A stretch of DNA of 64,000 bases from Clostridia bacterium (lineage in GTDB: Bacteria; Bacillota; Clostridia; UMGS1883; UMGS1540): NCBI GenBank assembly GCA_045590195.1, contig JAZNQN010000044.1:100889-164888 (forward strand), in the 5' to 3' direction. The notes below the pieces were generated by a model. It was not told where the DNA came from. It did not search any database and was given only the letters and a program-made list of their open reading frames with translations. Both the position numbers and the translations under genes were made by a program. Positions 29,371 through 39,968 of this stretch are shown here, piece after piece. Numbering within the stretch: the first letter of the stretch is position 1; every line of letters starts with the position of its first letter.

Positions 29371-30345
29371 TTATTGAAATACAATAAAATCTGCCGGATT
29401 TACCGCATTTCCGTTATATCTTATTTCAAAATGGAGATGCGGACCGGTGCTGTTTCCCGTACTTCCAACCTCGCCAATTTTCTGCCCTTTTGAAACTGTT
29501 TCTCCTTCGGCAACACTTCTTTTGCTCATATGGGCATAATAACTATCATATCCGCCATCATGCTCTATTATTACAAGATTTCCGAAAGAGCTTTCAAAAC
29601 CACTGAATTTTACCTTTCCATCATTGGCTGCCAAAATACTGTCGCCCTCGTTTGCGGCAAAATCTATTCCCTTATGCTCTCTGCCCCAACGCTTACCAAA
29701 ATAAGAAGATACCTCTGCCACAACGGGCTGCAAAAAACCTGTTTCTTCAACTACTTCGTTTTGCATTTCTTTTAAATAATCCAAAGCATTTTTATAGTTT
29801 TTTCCTGCATTTTTAAAAATACCATATTCAATTTTAAAGTCGCCTTCAAGCTTTATTTCATTTTGTTTTTCAAACTCGTTAATAAGTGCAAGAATTATTT
29901 GTTCATCTTTTGCCAGAAAAATTACATCTTCGCCCATTTTCAGCGCAAAGCCCCTTTTAAAATTACCGCTTGACAATAAAATGTTTTCACAAAGTTCGCT
30001 TTCCTTTGAAAAATTTCCCATAAAACACAACGACGGGTATATAGAAAACGATTTTTGGATTTTTTCTCCGTTTTTTTCACAGGCCATATTATATGCGCTT
30101 TCAAGGGTTGCAGTATCTTTTACTGTTCCAATTTTTGCCCCGCCACAAAAAACATTATACGAAAACACCACGTTTCCTGAATTTATTAAAAAAACTATTG
30201 TAATTACAAGTGATGATGCAATTATTACTTTTTTAAAATTAACTTTTCTTAATATTTTAGTTATCAAAGCTGAAAGAAAACCAAGCTCTTCGTCGCAACT
30301 TAAATGCATTTTTCTTTTTCGTACACGGGCAATTTTTATCTGCAT
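29371..30345 (-). CDS. M23-family metallopeptidase (LytM-type), membrane-anchored
   Basis: HxxxD motif (HKGIDFAANEGD) and HxH motif (GPHLHFEIRYNG) at the C-terminus. N-terminal TM segment. GAGGTG RBS. Confidence 0.88.
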   Translation of the reverse strand: MQIKIARVRKRKMHLSCDEELGFLSALITKILRKVNFKKVIIASSLVITIVFLINSGNVVFSYNVFCGGAKIGTVKDTATLESAYNMACEKNGEKIQKSFSIYPSLCFMGNFSKESELCENILLSSGNFKRGFALKMGEDVIFLAKDEQIILALINEFEKQNEIKLEGDFKIEYGIFKNAGKNYKNALDYLKEMQNEVVEETGFLQPVVAEVSSYFGKRWGREHKGIDFAANEGDSILAANDGKVKFSGFESSFGNLVIIEHDGGYDSYYAHMSKRSVAEGETVSKGQKIGEVGSTGNSTGPHLHFEIRYNGNAVNPADFIVFQ

Positions 30346-30472
30346 TTTTCACCTCGGCAATATATTTATTATAATTATAAATTACATCGCGAGGAAAAAT
30401 CCATCGAAGAGTGCAAAATAAAAGCGCTGGTTTTGACGTTTAAATCAAAATCAGCGCAGCTTTTGCCGAAAA

Positions 30473-30910
30473 CTATTTATCGATAAGGTCGCCCATCTGG
30501 CTTTCATATTTACGAAGAGTTGCCACAGCAGATGCCTTAAGCTCGTTAATTTGCTGACGAAGCTTTTCAAGCTCCTCGTTGGCAAGGGCAATTTCTGCCA
30601 TTTTGTTAGCTTTAAGTGTTGCCATTTCCTTTTCAGTATCTTCCATTACTTTCTGAGCTCTCTGTTCAGCGGAAATAACTGCTTTGGAAATATATTCCCT
30701 CTCCGCCTCAAGCTCGCAAAGCTTTTTAAAGCTATCGGCATTTTCTTCTGTTAAAACTGCATTTTGTTTTTTAAGAGTAGTACACTCTTCCTGCATTTGC
30801 AAAAGCTTTTTTTCATATTTTTCACAAAGCTCTGCAACATATGCATTTACATATTTTTTTCTGTATCCGAATAAACCTTTTTTAAGTTTTCCTTTTTCCA
30901 TTTGTATCAA
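30473..30910 (-). CDS. DivIVA-domain protein
   Basis: N-terminal KGLFGYRKKYVNAYVAELCEKYE matches the DivIVA F-x-x-x-x-RGY-x-x-x-EVD-x-FLD type motif. The rest is coiled-coil. Confidence 0.7.
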   Translation of the reverse strand: MIQMEKGKLKKGLFGYRKKYVNAYVAELCEKYEKKLLQMQEECTTLKKQNAVLTEENADSFKKLCELEAEREYISKAVISAEQRAQKVMEDTEKEMATLKANKMAEIALANEELEKLRQQINELKASAVATLRKYESQMGDLIDK

Positions 30911-30913
30911 CTC

Positions 30914-32356
30914 CTACGAAAGTTTTTCAATTCCTTTTTTGATTCTTTCAATAGTTTCCTCTTTGCCAAGAAGTGTGGCAATTTCAATGCCGCCGCCCGG
31001 AGTAAATGCTTTGCCTGAAAGTGCAACACGCATAGGCCAAAGTACAATGCCGTTTTTAACTTCCATTTTGCCTGCAAGCTCAATCATTTTGTCGTGAATA
31101 ATTTCAGCTTCCCAAGTGTCAATTCCTTCGAGAATTGGCAAAATAGCTTTAAGTGATGCAAGTGAATTTTCAGGATTTGTTTTCATTTTCTTGTGAGTGT
31201 AAAGCTCAATATCGTAATCAGGAAGATTATCAATAAAGTCAATCTGCTCAGGAATATCAGAAAATTTCTCGCATCTGTCGTGGAGGCATTTTGAGAGTAT
31301 CATTGTATCAACATCTCTTTTAACTGCTTCTTTGTAATAAGGCATAGCCGCCTCGTTAAATTCTTCAAGAGTCATTCTTCTGATATACTCGCCGTTGAGC
31401 CAGTTAAGCTTGTTAACATCGAAAATAGCAGGAGATTTGCTGATACCCTTAACGTTGAAGGCTTCAACCATTTCATCAAGAGTCATAATCTCTCTGTCAT
31501 CCCCGGGGCTCCAGCCGAGAAGGGCTATATAGTTAAGAACTGCCTCTTTAAGATAGCCTTTGCCTATAAAATCTTCGTAAGATGCATCACCTTCACGCTT
31601 TGAAAGCTTTTTCTGTGCATCTTTCATAACAGGCGAACAATGAACATATTTTGGAATTTCCCAGCCAAAAGCTTTGTAAAGCAAGTTATATTTTGGTGTT
31701 GACGAAAGGTATTCGCTGCCACGGATAACGTGTGTAATATTCATAAGATGGTCGTCAACAACGTTTGCAAAGTTGTAGGTTGGAAGCCCGTCACTTTTAA
31801 GAAGAACGTTATCGTCAAGTGTATCGTTTGGTGCAGTAATTGTACCAAAAACTTCATCGTCAAATGAAGTTGTGCCCGTCTGCGGAATTTTCTGTCTTAT
31901 AACATAAGGCACGCCTGCGGCGAGTTTTTCTTCAATTTCTTCTTTAGTAAGGCTTTTACAGTGGCCGTCATATTTAGGCGGAAGTTTTGCCGCTTCCTGC
32001 TGAGCTCTTACGCTGTCAAGGCGCTCTTTGTCACAGAAACAATAGTAAGCCTCGCCTTTTTCAACAAGCTCGAGAGCATATTTTTTGTAAAGGTCACGTC
32101 TTTCGCTCTGAATATATGGGCCGTATTCGCCGCCAACATCAGGGCCTTCATCGTGCACAAGGCCTGTATCTTTAAGCGCCTTATAAATAAGGTCTACCGC
32201 GCCATCAACATATCTTTCCTGGTCGGTATCTTCAATTCTTAAAATAAAGTCGCCGCCATCGTGCTTTGCAAGAAGATATGCATAAAGAGCAGTTCTGAGG
32301 TTTCCAACGTGCATATATCCTGTTGGGCTTGGGGCAAATCTTGTTCTAATTTTCAT
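30914..32356 (-). CDS. gltX: glutamate--tRNA ligase
   Basis: [22 protein letters not shown] (HIGH region) and a KLSKR (KMSKS) motif. Start at MKIRTRF (32356) with an AAAGGA RBS; the 24-codon track extension is rejected. Confidence 0.92.
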   Translation of the reverse strand: MKIRTRFAPSPTGYMHVGNLRTALYAYLLAKHDGGDFILRIEDTDQERYVDGAVDLIYKALKDTGLVHDEGPDVGGEYGPYIQSERRDLYKKYALELVEKGEAYYCFCDKERLDSVRAQQEAAKLPPKYDGHCKSLTKEEIEEKLAAGVPYVIRQKIPQTGTTSFDDEVFGTITAPNDTLDDNVLLKSDGLPTYNFANVVDDHLMNITHVIRGSEYLSSTPKYNLLYKAFGWEIPKYVHCSPVMKDAQKKLSKREGDASYEDFIGKGYLKEAVLNYIALLGWSPGDDREIMTLDEMVEAFNVKGISKSPAIFDVNKLNWLNGEYIRRMTLEEFNEAAMPYYKEAVKRDVDTMILSKCLHDRCEKFSDIPEQIDFIDNLPDYDIELYTHKKMKTNPENSLASLKAILPILEGIDTWEAEIIHDKMIELAGKMEVKNGIVLWPMRVALSGKAFTPGGGIEIATLLGKEETIERIKKGIEKLS

Positions 32357-32372
32357 AGCTTTTTCCTTTCGC

Positions 32373-33521
32373 TTATATATTAAAATCTTCAGGGCGTTTT
32401 CCTTCGCCAAGCATATAGATAATCGCATCTACAGTTCTTTTTGAAGCTAAGCCATCGCCATAAGGATTTACAGCTTTAGCCATTTTATCATATTCGCATT
32501 TATCGCTTAAAAGAGTTTTTGTCATATTATAAATATCTTCTTCTAAAACGCCTGCAAGCCTTGCAGTACCTGCTTCAATTGCTTCAGGGCGCTCTGTTTC
32601 ATGTCTTAAAACGAGAACAGGCTTTCCAAGTGAAGGAGCCTCTTCCTGAAGGCCGCCAGAGTCGGTTAAAATTAAATCAGCTCTTGCCATTGCGTTATGC
32701 ATATCGCCCGGCTCAAGGGGCTCGATAAGATGAATTCTGGGGTGATTACCCATATTCTTTCTTGCAACTTCACGAACAGCAGGGTTTAAGTGCATTGGGT
32801 AAACAAGTTCAACATCAGGGAACTCATCAACAATTCTTCTTGCCGCTTTTGTTATGTTTTCAAGGGGCTCGCCAAGATTTTCCCTTCTGTGTGCAGTCAT
32901 TAAAATTTTTCTGCAGTTATGGCTTAAAAGCTCTCCAAGCAATTTATCGTTAAATTCATAATTGTCACAAACAGTTGTTTTAAGGGCATCAATTACTGTG
33001 TTGCCTGTAATAAATATTGTATCGGGATTTACGCCCTCGCGAAGTAAATTCTCACGGTTTCTTATAGTTGGCGAAAAATGAATATCGGTCATAGCGCCTG
33101 TTAAGCGGCGGTTCATTTCCTCAGGGAAAGGCGACCATTTATCAAAGGTACGAAGGCCTGCTTCAACGTGACCTACTTTTGCGCCTGAATAAAATGCCGC
33201 AAGTGCACCTGCAAATGTAGTTGTAGTATCGCCGTGAACCAACACAATATCAGGTTTTGCTTCTTTTAAAACTTCTTCAAGCCCTTCAATAACTCTCGAA
33301 GTAATTCCTGTAAGAGTTTGTCTTTCCTTCATAATATCAAGGTCATAGTCGGGTTTAATTTTAAAAAGCGTAAGAACCTGGTCAAGCATTTCACGATGCT
33401 GTGCAGTAACGCAAACTATTGATTCAATTTCTTCTCTTTTCTGGAGTTCCAAAACCAGCGGAGCCATTTTTATAGCCTCAGGTCTTGTTCCGAAAACGGT
33501 CATAACTTTAATTTTATTCAT
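32373..33521 (-). CDS. wecB: UDP-N-acetylglucosamine 2-epimerase (non-hydrolysing)
   Basis: [16 protein letters not shown]-terminus, HGDTTTT, and a HVEAGLRT motif. Start at MNKIKV (33521), supported by a GTGGTGA RBS. Confidence 0.9.
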   Translation of the reverse strand: MNKIKVMTVFGTRPEAIKMAPLVLELQKREEIESIVCVTAQHREMLDQVLTLFKIKPDYDLDIMKERQTLTGITSRVIEGLEEVLKEAKPDIVLVHGDTTTTFAGALAAFYSGAKVGHVEAGLRTFDKWSPFPEEMNRRLTGAMTDIHFSPTIRNRENLLREGVNPDTIFITGNTVIDALKTTVCDNYEFNDKLLGELLSHNCRKILMTAHRRENLGEPLENITKAARRIVDEFPDVELVYPMHLNPAVREVARKNMGNHPRIHLIEPLEPGDMHNAMARADLILTDSGGLQEEAPSLGKPVLVLRHETERPEAIEAGTARLAGVLEEDIYNMTKTLLSDKCEYDKMAKAVNPYGDGLASKRTVDAIIYMLGEGKRPEDFNI

Positions 33522-34608
33522 TAGTTTCACCACTTTCATTTTTATCGTTAAATCTGATTATTCTCTCATCTATGGTTTCTTTATTGCTTTCGCCTTTTTT
33601 CAAAACAACAAATGCAACAACTATTGCAATAATTACAGCGGCAAGCAAAACCATGGCCCTAACTGCTCCAACGCCGATTAAAACAACGGCTGAAAGACCC
33701 AAAACTGTGCTTATAAGATACAAAATACTTACAGTTTGTTTTTGCGAAAAGCCCATATCCAGAAGTTTATGATGAAGATGACCTCTGTCAGCCTCCATAA
33801 TTGGTTTATGGTTTTTAAGTCGCCTTAAAATAGCAAAGCTTGTATCAAAAAGAGGAAGTCCAAGTACTATAAACGGAACTATAAAACTGATTACTGCATA
33901 AGCCTTGAAAAGCCCCATAATCGACACGGTTGACAAAATAAAGCCCAAAAACATAGCTCCCGTATCGCCCATAAATATTTTAGCGGGGTTGAAATTATAT
34001 GGCAAAAAGCCAAAGCAAGCTCCTGCCAGAGCGGCAGTTATAATAGCAATATTGCTTTCGCTGGCAATAAGGGCAATGCAGAAAAGCGTCATAGATGCAA
34101 TTGCACTAACGCCCGATGCAAGGCCATCAAGCCCATCGATAAGATTTACTGCGTTTGTAACACCAACAATCCAGATAATTGTTATAGGAACTGAAAATAC
34201 ACCAAGCTCCAAAGCACCACTTGGCGCAATAAATGTTGGCATACTTATGCGTGTTATAACGGTTCCGTGAAGTACAATAATTACAGCCGCAAGCACTTGG
34301 AAAAGAAGCTTTACAAGCGGTCGCATAGGGTGTATATCATCAAAAACACCACAAACTACAATTACAATGCTGCCAATCATCATACCTCTGACACCGGCAT
34401 CAATATCGCAAAGGCACAAAACGCTTATGGCAAAGCCGTAAAAAATGGCTATACCACCAAGAAGCGGCGTTGATTTTTTATGAACTCTTCTCTCTTCGCC
34501 GGGTTTATCAACTGCGCCTATTCTGATTGCAAGCGACTTAACAAACGGAGTTGTTCCAAAAGCCACCGCAAAAGCAATTACAAACGAAAGAGCCAATCCT
34601 ATCGACAC
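33514..34608 (-). CDS. glycosyltransferase family 4 UDP-GlcNAc:undecaprenyl-phosphate GlcNAc-1-phosphate transferase (WecA/TagO-like)
   Basis: MraY/WecA family: 10-11 TM, DDxxD-like (GVFDDIHP), NAVNLIDGLDGLA motif. GTG start with an AGGAGG RBS. Confidence 0.88.
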   Translation of the reverse strand: MSIGLALSFVIAFAVAFGTTPFVKSLAIRIGAVDKPGEERRVHKKSTPLLGGIAIFYGFAISVLCLCDIDAGVRGMMIGSIVIVVCGVFDDIHPMRPLVKLLFQVLAAVIIVLHGTVITRISMPTFIAPSGALELGVFSVPITIIWIVGVTNAVNLIDGLDGLASGVSAIASMTLFCIALIASESNIAIITAALAGACFGFLPYNFNPAKIFMGDTGAMFLGFILSTVSIMGLFKAYAVISFIVPFIVLGLPLFDTSFAILRRLKNHKPIMEADRGHLHHKLLDMGFSQKQTVSILYLISTVLGLSAVVLIGVGAVRAMVLLAAVIIAIVVAFVVLKKGESNKETIDERIIRFNDKNESGETNE

Positions 34609-34636
34609 TGCCCTCTCCTCCTTTATTTTTCAGCTG

Positions 34637-35641
34637 TTATCTGAATTTTCTGTCAACAAAGCCAATTCTTCTATGTACTTTCGAAAGTGTTTTTGCCGCA
34701 ATGCGTGCAGCTTTTTCAGCACCCTCTTTATAAACTGTTTCAATATAGTCTTTGTTTTTTACAAGGTCGTCATATTTTTCTCTCACAGGTGCCAAAGCTT
34801 CAATTACAGCCTCTGCAACCCTTACTTTAAAGTCGCCATAGCCAAGGCCGGCAAATTCATCTGCCGCTTTTTCGGGAGAAATACCGCAGATTGCACCATA
34901 AATCGAAAGAAGATTACAAATACCGTCTTTTCCTTCTTTATACGCAATTTCGCCGTCGCTATCTGTAACAGCACGTTTTATTTTACGCATAATTGTATCA
35001 GGGTCATCAAGTATCCAGATATATCCGTTAGGATTAGGGTCGCTTTTACTCATTTTTGCAGTTGGCTCCTGAAGTGACATAATTTTAGCCCCAACAGGCG
35101 GAATATATCCTTCGGGAACTTTAAAAGTATCGCCGTAAACGCCGTTAAATCTGCCTGCAATATCCCTTGCAAGCTCAAGGTGCTGTTTCTGGTCAACCCC
35201 AACGGGTACAACATCTGTCTGATAAAGCAAAATATCGCTTGCCATAAGCACGGGATATGTAAAAAGACCTGCGTTAATATTTTCCTCGTGTTTTGCAGAT
35301 TTATCCTTAAACTGTGTCATACGGGAAAGCTCGCCCATATAAGTATAACAGTTTAAAATCCAGGAAAGCTCTGCGTGAGCAGAAACGTGTGACTGGAAAA
35401 ACATTATCGACTTCTCGCTGTCAATTCCGCAGGCAAGATACTGGCAGAGAAACTGCATACATCTTTTGCGAAGCTCCACGGGGTCTTGTCTTACAGTGAT
35501 TGAATGCATATCAACAACTGAGAAAAGACAATCGTATTCATCCTGAAGTTTAATCCAGTTTTTAACCGCTCCTATATAATTACCAAGGGTAATACAGCCG
35601 GTTGGCTGAATACCGCTGAAAACTCTTTTTTTCTGTTCCAT
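34637..35641 (-). CDS. trpS: tryptophan--tRNA ligase
   Basis: FSGIQPTGCITLGNYIGA (HIGH-like) and KMSKS (AKMSKSD). 334 aa. Confidence 0.92.
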   Translation of the reverse strand: MEQKKRVFSGIQPTGCITLGNYIGAVKNWIKLQDEYDCLFSVVDMHSITVRQDPVELRKRCMQFLCQYLACGIDSEKSIMFFQSHVSAHAELSWILNCYTYMGELSRMTQFKDKSAKHEENINAGLFTYPVLMASDILLYQTDVVPVGVDQKQHLELARDIAGRFNGVYGDTFKVPEGYIPPVGAKIMSLQEPTAKMSKSDPNPNGYIWILDDPDTIMRKIKRAVTDSDGEIAYKEGKDGICNLLSIYGAICGISPEKAADEFAGLGYGDFKVRVAEAVIEALAPVREKYDDLVKNKDYIETVYKEGAEKAARIAAKTLSKVHRRIGFVDRKFR

Positions 35642-35649
35642 TTCGTCAC

Positions 35650-36834
35650 CTATTTATATTCTTTAATAACATCGCCCAAAATTTTAATACCTTTGTCAAT
35701 TTTCTCTTCATCAGGAAGTGAAAAGTTAAGTCTTAATTCATTTGATGGGGCTGACATATCGATTTGTGCAGTAGAGCCTGATACAAATGCTACGCCTTTG
35801 TCAATTGCAACTTTGAGCATTTTGTCGCAATCGTAGCCTTCAGGAAGTGTACACCAGAGGAATATACCGCCTTCAGGTCTTGTATATTTTGCAAAAGAAG
35901 GAAAATATTTATCCATAGCAGTAAGCATTGCATCGCATCTTTTGCCATAAAGGTCACAGCTTTTTTTGATGTGGGCATCAAAATCGTATCTTTTAAGAAA
36001 CTCTGCCGCCATCATCTGTGTTAAAACAGGAGTATGTACATCGGAAACCTGCTTACAGATTACCATTTTTTCCATAATGTCTTCCCTTGCAACTGCGAAA
36101 CCAATTCTCATACCTGATGACAAAACCTTTGAAAGTGAGCCTGCGTAAATTACTCTGCCCTCAGTATCCATTGATTTAATTGTTGCAACATCTTCGCCTT
36201 TGAAACGAAGCTCGCCATAAGGATTATCCTCAAGAACGTAAAAATCGTATTTTGAAGCAAGCTCTAAAATTTTCTTACGTTTTTCAAGGCACATTGTAAT
36301 GCCTGAAGGATTCTGGAAAGTTGTAATTGTATAAAGAAGTTTAATTTTCTTTTCTTTTGCAACTTCTTCAAGCTTATCGGTATCAAGGCCATCTTCCATT
36401 ACGGGAACACCGTAAAGGTCTGCCCCGTATGAACGGAGAGCATTAAGGCCACCAATAAATGAAGGCGCTTCAACTGCAACCGGATCGCCCTCGTTAATTA
36501 AAGTTTTAAAAGCCAAATCAAGCGCCTGATTGCCACCTGTTGTAATTATTACTTTATCGTGTGCGTGAATGTTACCTAGTTTATTCATTCTGCCTTCGAT
36601 AAATTCAAGAAGCGGGCCGTAGCCTTCTGTAACGCCATACTGAAGGGCAACAGCACCGTTATTTTTTATAATTTCAGCCGCAATTTCCGAAAGCTGTTCA
36701 GTTGGGAAAAGCGCCGGTGCCGGTGCTCCGCCTGCAAATGAAATAATTCCGGGTTTTGCGAGAAGTTTAAACATTTCTCTTATAGCAGAGCCTTTAAGTG
36801 GCGCCACTCTGTCTGCAAATAACATAAATTCCAT
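35650..36834 (-). CDS. PLP-dependent aminotransferase (class I/II fold)
   Basis: 394 aa. Aminotransferase class-I layout with a conserved SLSKVLSSGMRIGF PLP-lysine region. Confidence 0.82.
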   Translation of the reverse strand: MEFMLFADRVAPLKGSAIREMFKLLAKPGIISFAGGAPAPALFPTEQLSEIAAEIIKNNGAVALQYGVTEGYGPLLEFIEGRMNKLGNIHAHDKVIITTGGNQALDLAFKTLINEGDPVAVEAPSFIGGLNALRSYGADLYGVPVMEDGLDTDKLEEVAKEKKIKLLYTITTFQNPSGITMCLEKRKKILELASKYDFYVLEDNPYGELRFKGEDVATIKSMDTEGRVIYAGSLSKVLSSGMRIGFAVAREDIMEKMVICKQVSDVHTPVLTQMMAAEFLKRYDFDAHIKKSCDLYGKRCDAMLTAMDKYFPSFAKYTRPEGGIFLWCTLPEGYDCDKMLKVAIDKGVAFVSGSTAQIDMSAPSNELRLNFSLPDEEKIDKGIKILGDVIKEYK

Positions 36835-36894
36835 CTCCTAAATTTAGATTACAGTATATTTTATCATATTCAAGTGTAAAAGTAAATACAAAAG

Positions 36895-37506
36895 TTATTT
36901 CTTTTTCTTTTTCTTTTTCTTTTCTATTAAAATCTTTTCTATTGCCTCTAATTCACATATGCAAAGTGCAGATTTACTATTTATCGAAGCATATTTTAAA
37001 ATACTTTTTTTGTAAAAAATTAATTCTTCTACAGAGTATATTTTTAAAAATTCATATCTTTCATAGATGAATTTTTCCTTTGAATAAATTCTATCATTTA
37101 ATTTAAAATACAATTTTCCCTTTTCTTGCATTTCAGTATGTGAAAGTTCCAAAGAATAACGCATGTCAAATTTTTCAATAAAGACCGGTTCCTTAAAAAC
37201 TGGATTGTATGCCACTTTTTTATGGTATTCATCGATATGTACATATTTTTTCTTTAGCGAAACATAATTTATCCAATACGCCAAGCCAACTCCTAAAATA
37301 GTAACATCCCCAACTACAAAGATAGACGAAACGAGTACATATAAAACCCGAATTACAAAATAAGAAATAACACCATTTATCATTGCTACATAATTTGCTT
37401 GTTGCTTGGTCATTGAATTATTTTTAGGCTTATAAACAAAAATCGGGTAAATAAAATAAATTATACTTGATAAAATTAAAAATAATAAAGAAATCATCTT
37501 TCGCAC
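36895..37506 (-). CDS. hypothetical membrane protein (about 3 N-terminal TM helices, soluble C-domain, C-terminal poly-Lys tail); strongly AT-rich gene
   Basis: AAGAAAGAGGTG RBS 7 nt before the ATG. The hexanucleotide (TTTTTC)n on the + strand encodes EKKKKKKKK. G+C is far below the flanking genes. Confidence 0.75.
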   Translation of the reverse strand: MRKMISLLFLILSSIIYFIYPIFVYKPKNNSMTKQQANYVAMINGVISYFVIRVLYVLVSSIFVVGDVTILGVGLAYWINYVSLKKKYVHIDEYHKKVAYNPVFKEPVFIEKFDMRYSLELSHTEMQEKGKLYFKLNDRIYSKEKFIYERYEFLKIYSVEELIFYKKSILKYASINSKSALCICELEAIEKILIEKKKKKKKK

Positions 37507-37534
37507 CTCTTTCTTAAACTAATTGTACTTAACT

Positions 37535-39907
37535 CTATTTAAGCTCTACAACGGTTACACCATCGCCGCCTTCGGAAAGCGCTCCCATTCTGAAAGATTT
37601 AACCGAGCGGTTGCTTTTTAAAAACTCGGTAATACCTGCTTTTAAAACGCCTGTTCCGCGGCCGTGAATAATAGTTACTACGTTGTGATGGCTCATAACC
37701 GCATCATCGAGATATTTGTCAACTGCGGCAATAGCATCATCGAGTATCATTCCTCTTAAATCAATTTCACTTTTAACGGCATTGCCTTTATAAAAAGCTG
37801 CAGGAATTTTTGTTTTAGGCTCTTGTTTTTTAGGCTTTGATGCCATAATTTCAATGGTTGAAAGTTTTGTTTTAATTTTCATTCCGCCAACCATAACCTC
37901 TAAATTGCCATTTTTATCAGGAAGCGACAAAACCTCGCCCTCGGCGCTCATTGCGGGGAGATAAATGTCCATTCCTATTTTAATTTCTTCGGGTTTTGGA
38001 TTTTTATGGGTTTTGAAAAGACCACGGGTAAGTTTATCGTCAATCTCGCCGATATTTTTGCCAAGAGAGTTTCTAGCCTCCTGCATAACTTTTGCTTTTT
38101 CTTTATAAGTTCCCCTTGCCGCCCTTTCAATTTCACGCATTTTTTCCGAAATTTCACTTTTGGCATCTTCAAGCATTTTCTTGGCCTCTCTGCGTGCCTC
38201 GTCCAAAATTCTGTCACGCATTTTCTTTTGTTTTTCGTCTTCTGCCTTTAATTTATCTTTAATGCTTTGCGCCATCTGGCGGTCACGCTCGGCCTGTTTT
38301 GAAACGTTTTCAGCCTTTATTCTGTTTTTCTCAAGCTTTGAAACAATATCTTCAAACTGAGTGTTTTCGGCATCTACAAGGCCTCTCGCCTCGTCGATTA
38401 CACTATCCGCTATTCCAAGCCTTTTGGCAATATCAAAGGCACAGCTTTTACCAAGTGCACCAACATAAAGCCTATAAGTAGGCTTCAGGGAATTTACATC
38501 AAATTCACAGGCCGCATTTTCCACTCCGGGGGTTGAAAGAGCATACATTTTTATTTCGCTATAATGAGTTGTTGCCGCAACCAAAGCGCCTTTTGCACGA
38601 ACATTTTTGAGTATCGCCGTTGCAAGGGCAGCTCCCTCGGCAGGGTCGGTTCCTGCGCCAAGCTCGTCAAATAAAACAAGGCTTTTTTTGCCGCAATTCT
38701 TTAAAATTCCAACAATATTTACCATATGTGATGAAAAAGTTGAAAGAGATTGCTCAATACTTTGTTCATCGCCTATATCTGCAAAAATTTCGTCGAAAAT
38801 ACAAAGGCGTGAGCTTTCGCGGCAAGGCGTGTGAAGGCCGCATTGTGCCATTAAAGAGAAAAGGCCAAGGGTTTTAAGGGAAACGGTTTTGCCGCCTGTA
38901 TTAGGGCCGGTTATAACCAAAGTATCAAAATCTTCGCCAAGGCGGATATTTATTGGCACTACCTTCTTTTTATCAATAAGCGGATGCCTTCCATCTTTAA
39001 TATCTATTATATTTTTATCGTTAATCTGCGGTTTTGCCGCCTCTATACTATCTGCATAAGCGGCTTTTGCAAATATAAAATCAATGTGAGAAATTATTTC
39101 AAAATTATCGGTAAGATTATCGGCAATTTCGGCTATCTCGCCTGAAATTTCTGCCAAAATGCGTTCAATTTCTTCTTTTTCGTCAGCCGCAAGTTCACGA
39201 ATCTTATTATTTGTTTCAACAACTTTCATTGGCTCTATAAAAAGTGTACCACCGCTTTGGGAAGTATCGTGAACAACGCCGCCTATAGAAGATTTGTATT
39301 CACTTTTTACGGGAACAACATATCTGTCGCCGCGCATGGAAACAATTGGCTCCTGCAGTGCCTTGGCATAAGATGGCGAATGGATTATCTCCTGCAAAAT
39401 ATCTTTAACCTTATTCTGAAGCGACATCTTTTTTCTTCTTATTTCTGAAAGCTTTAAAGAGGCATTATCATCTATTTCGCTATCGCTTAAAATGCAGGAG
39501 AAAATTTTGTTTTCACGAAGCTTATCTTCATAAAGCAGATTTTTATATTTAAGCAAAAGAGGAAACTGCTCCTCGAAATTATCAACGCTGAAATATATTA
39601 TAATTGTTCTGGCGCTCCTTAAAACGTGGCCAACTGTCAAAAGCTCGCCACATGAAAGCGTTGCCCCTATTTTAAGCCTTTTAACTGCCGCCCCTATTTC
39701 TGAAAGGGGCACAACCGGCGGGCGCGAATGTTTTACTGTAAAAACTCTGCCCTCATCGGTTTCGTTTAAAAGCTTTTCAACTTCCGAAAGCGATGAAGAA
39801 GGCTCAATTTTTAAAAGCGCCTCTTTGGTTTTATTCATAACTGCAAATTCTGAAAGCTTTTCAAGTATTTTATCAAGTTCCAGTATTTTTCTTACTTTTT
39901 TGTTCAT
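37535..39907 (-). CDS. mutS2: endonuclease MutS2 (MutS domains + C-terminal Smr)
   Basis: Walker A GPNTGGKT, and a C-terminal Smr domain (DLRGMILDDAIAAVDKYLDDA…HGRGTGVLK). Start at MNKKVRK (39907) with a GGGAG RBS. Confidence 0.92.
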   Translation of the reverse strand: MNKKVRKILELDKILEKLSEFAVMNKTKEALLKIEPSSSLSEVEKLLNETDEGRVFTVKHSRPPVVPLSEIGAAVKRLKIGATLSCGELLTVGHVLRSARTIIIYFSVDNFEEQFPLLLKYKNLLYEDKLRENKIFSCILSDSEIDDNASLKLSEIRRKKMSLQNKVKDILQEIIHSPSYAKALQEPIVSMRGDRYVVPVKSEYKSSIGGVVHDTSQSGGTLFIEPMKVVETNNKIRELAADEKEEIERILAEISGEIAEIADNLTDNFEIISHIDFIFAKAAYADSIEAAKPQINDKNIIDIKDGRHPLIDKKKVVPINIRLGEDFDTLVITGPNTGGKTVSLKTLGLFSLMAQCGLHTPCRESSRLCIFDEIFADIGDEQSIEQSLSTFSSHMVNIVGILKNCGKKSLVLFDELGAGTDPAEGAALATAILKNVRAKGALVAATTHYSEIKMYALSTPGVENAACEFDVNSLKPTYRLYVGALGKSCAFDIAKRLGIADSVIDEARGLVDAENTQFEDIVSKLEKNRIKAENVSKQAERDRQMAQSIKDKLKAEDEKQKKMRDRILDEARREAKKMLEDAKSEISEKMREIERAARGTYKEKAKVMQEARNSLGKNIGEIDDKLTRGLFKTHKNPKPEEIKIGMDIYLPAMSAEGEVLSLPDKNGNLEVMVGGMKIKTKLSTIEIMASKPKKQEPKTKIPAAFYKGNAVKSEIDLRGMILDDAIAAVDKYLDDAVMSHHNVVTIIHGRGTGVLKAGITEFLKSNRSVKSFRMGALSEGGDGVTVVELK

Positions 39908-39968
39908 TTTATGCTCCCAATTTAAGCTTATAAAATTTTGAGCGTGTATTTTCATACACACTCATTTT

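Noticed and set aside
30366-30472. Possible terminator hairpin (GCGCTG…CAGCGC) downstream of the DivIVA-domain gene
   Set aside because: Only 6 bp of stem with a 26-nt loop. Too weak to call.
34609-36894. T-box leaders upstream of trpS or gltX
   Set aside because: trpS starts 8 nt after the aminotransferase stop, and gltX starts 17 nt after wecB. There is no room for a T-box; both are internal operon genes.
36895-36925. (TTTTTC)n repeat as a CRISPR/spacer-like or intergenic microsatellite
   Set aside because: It lies inside the coding sequence and encodes the poly-Lys tail. There are no spacers and no array.
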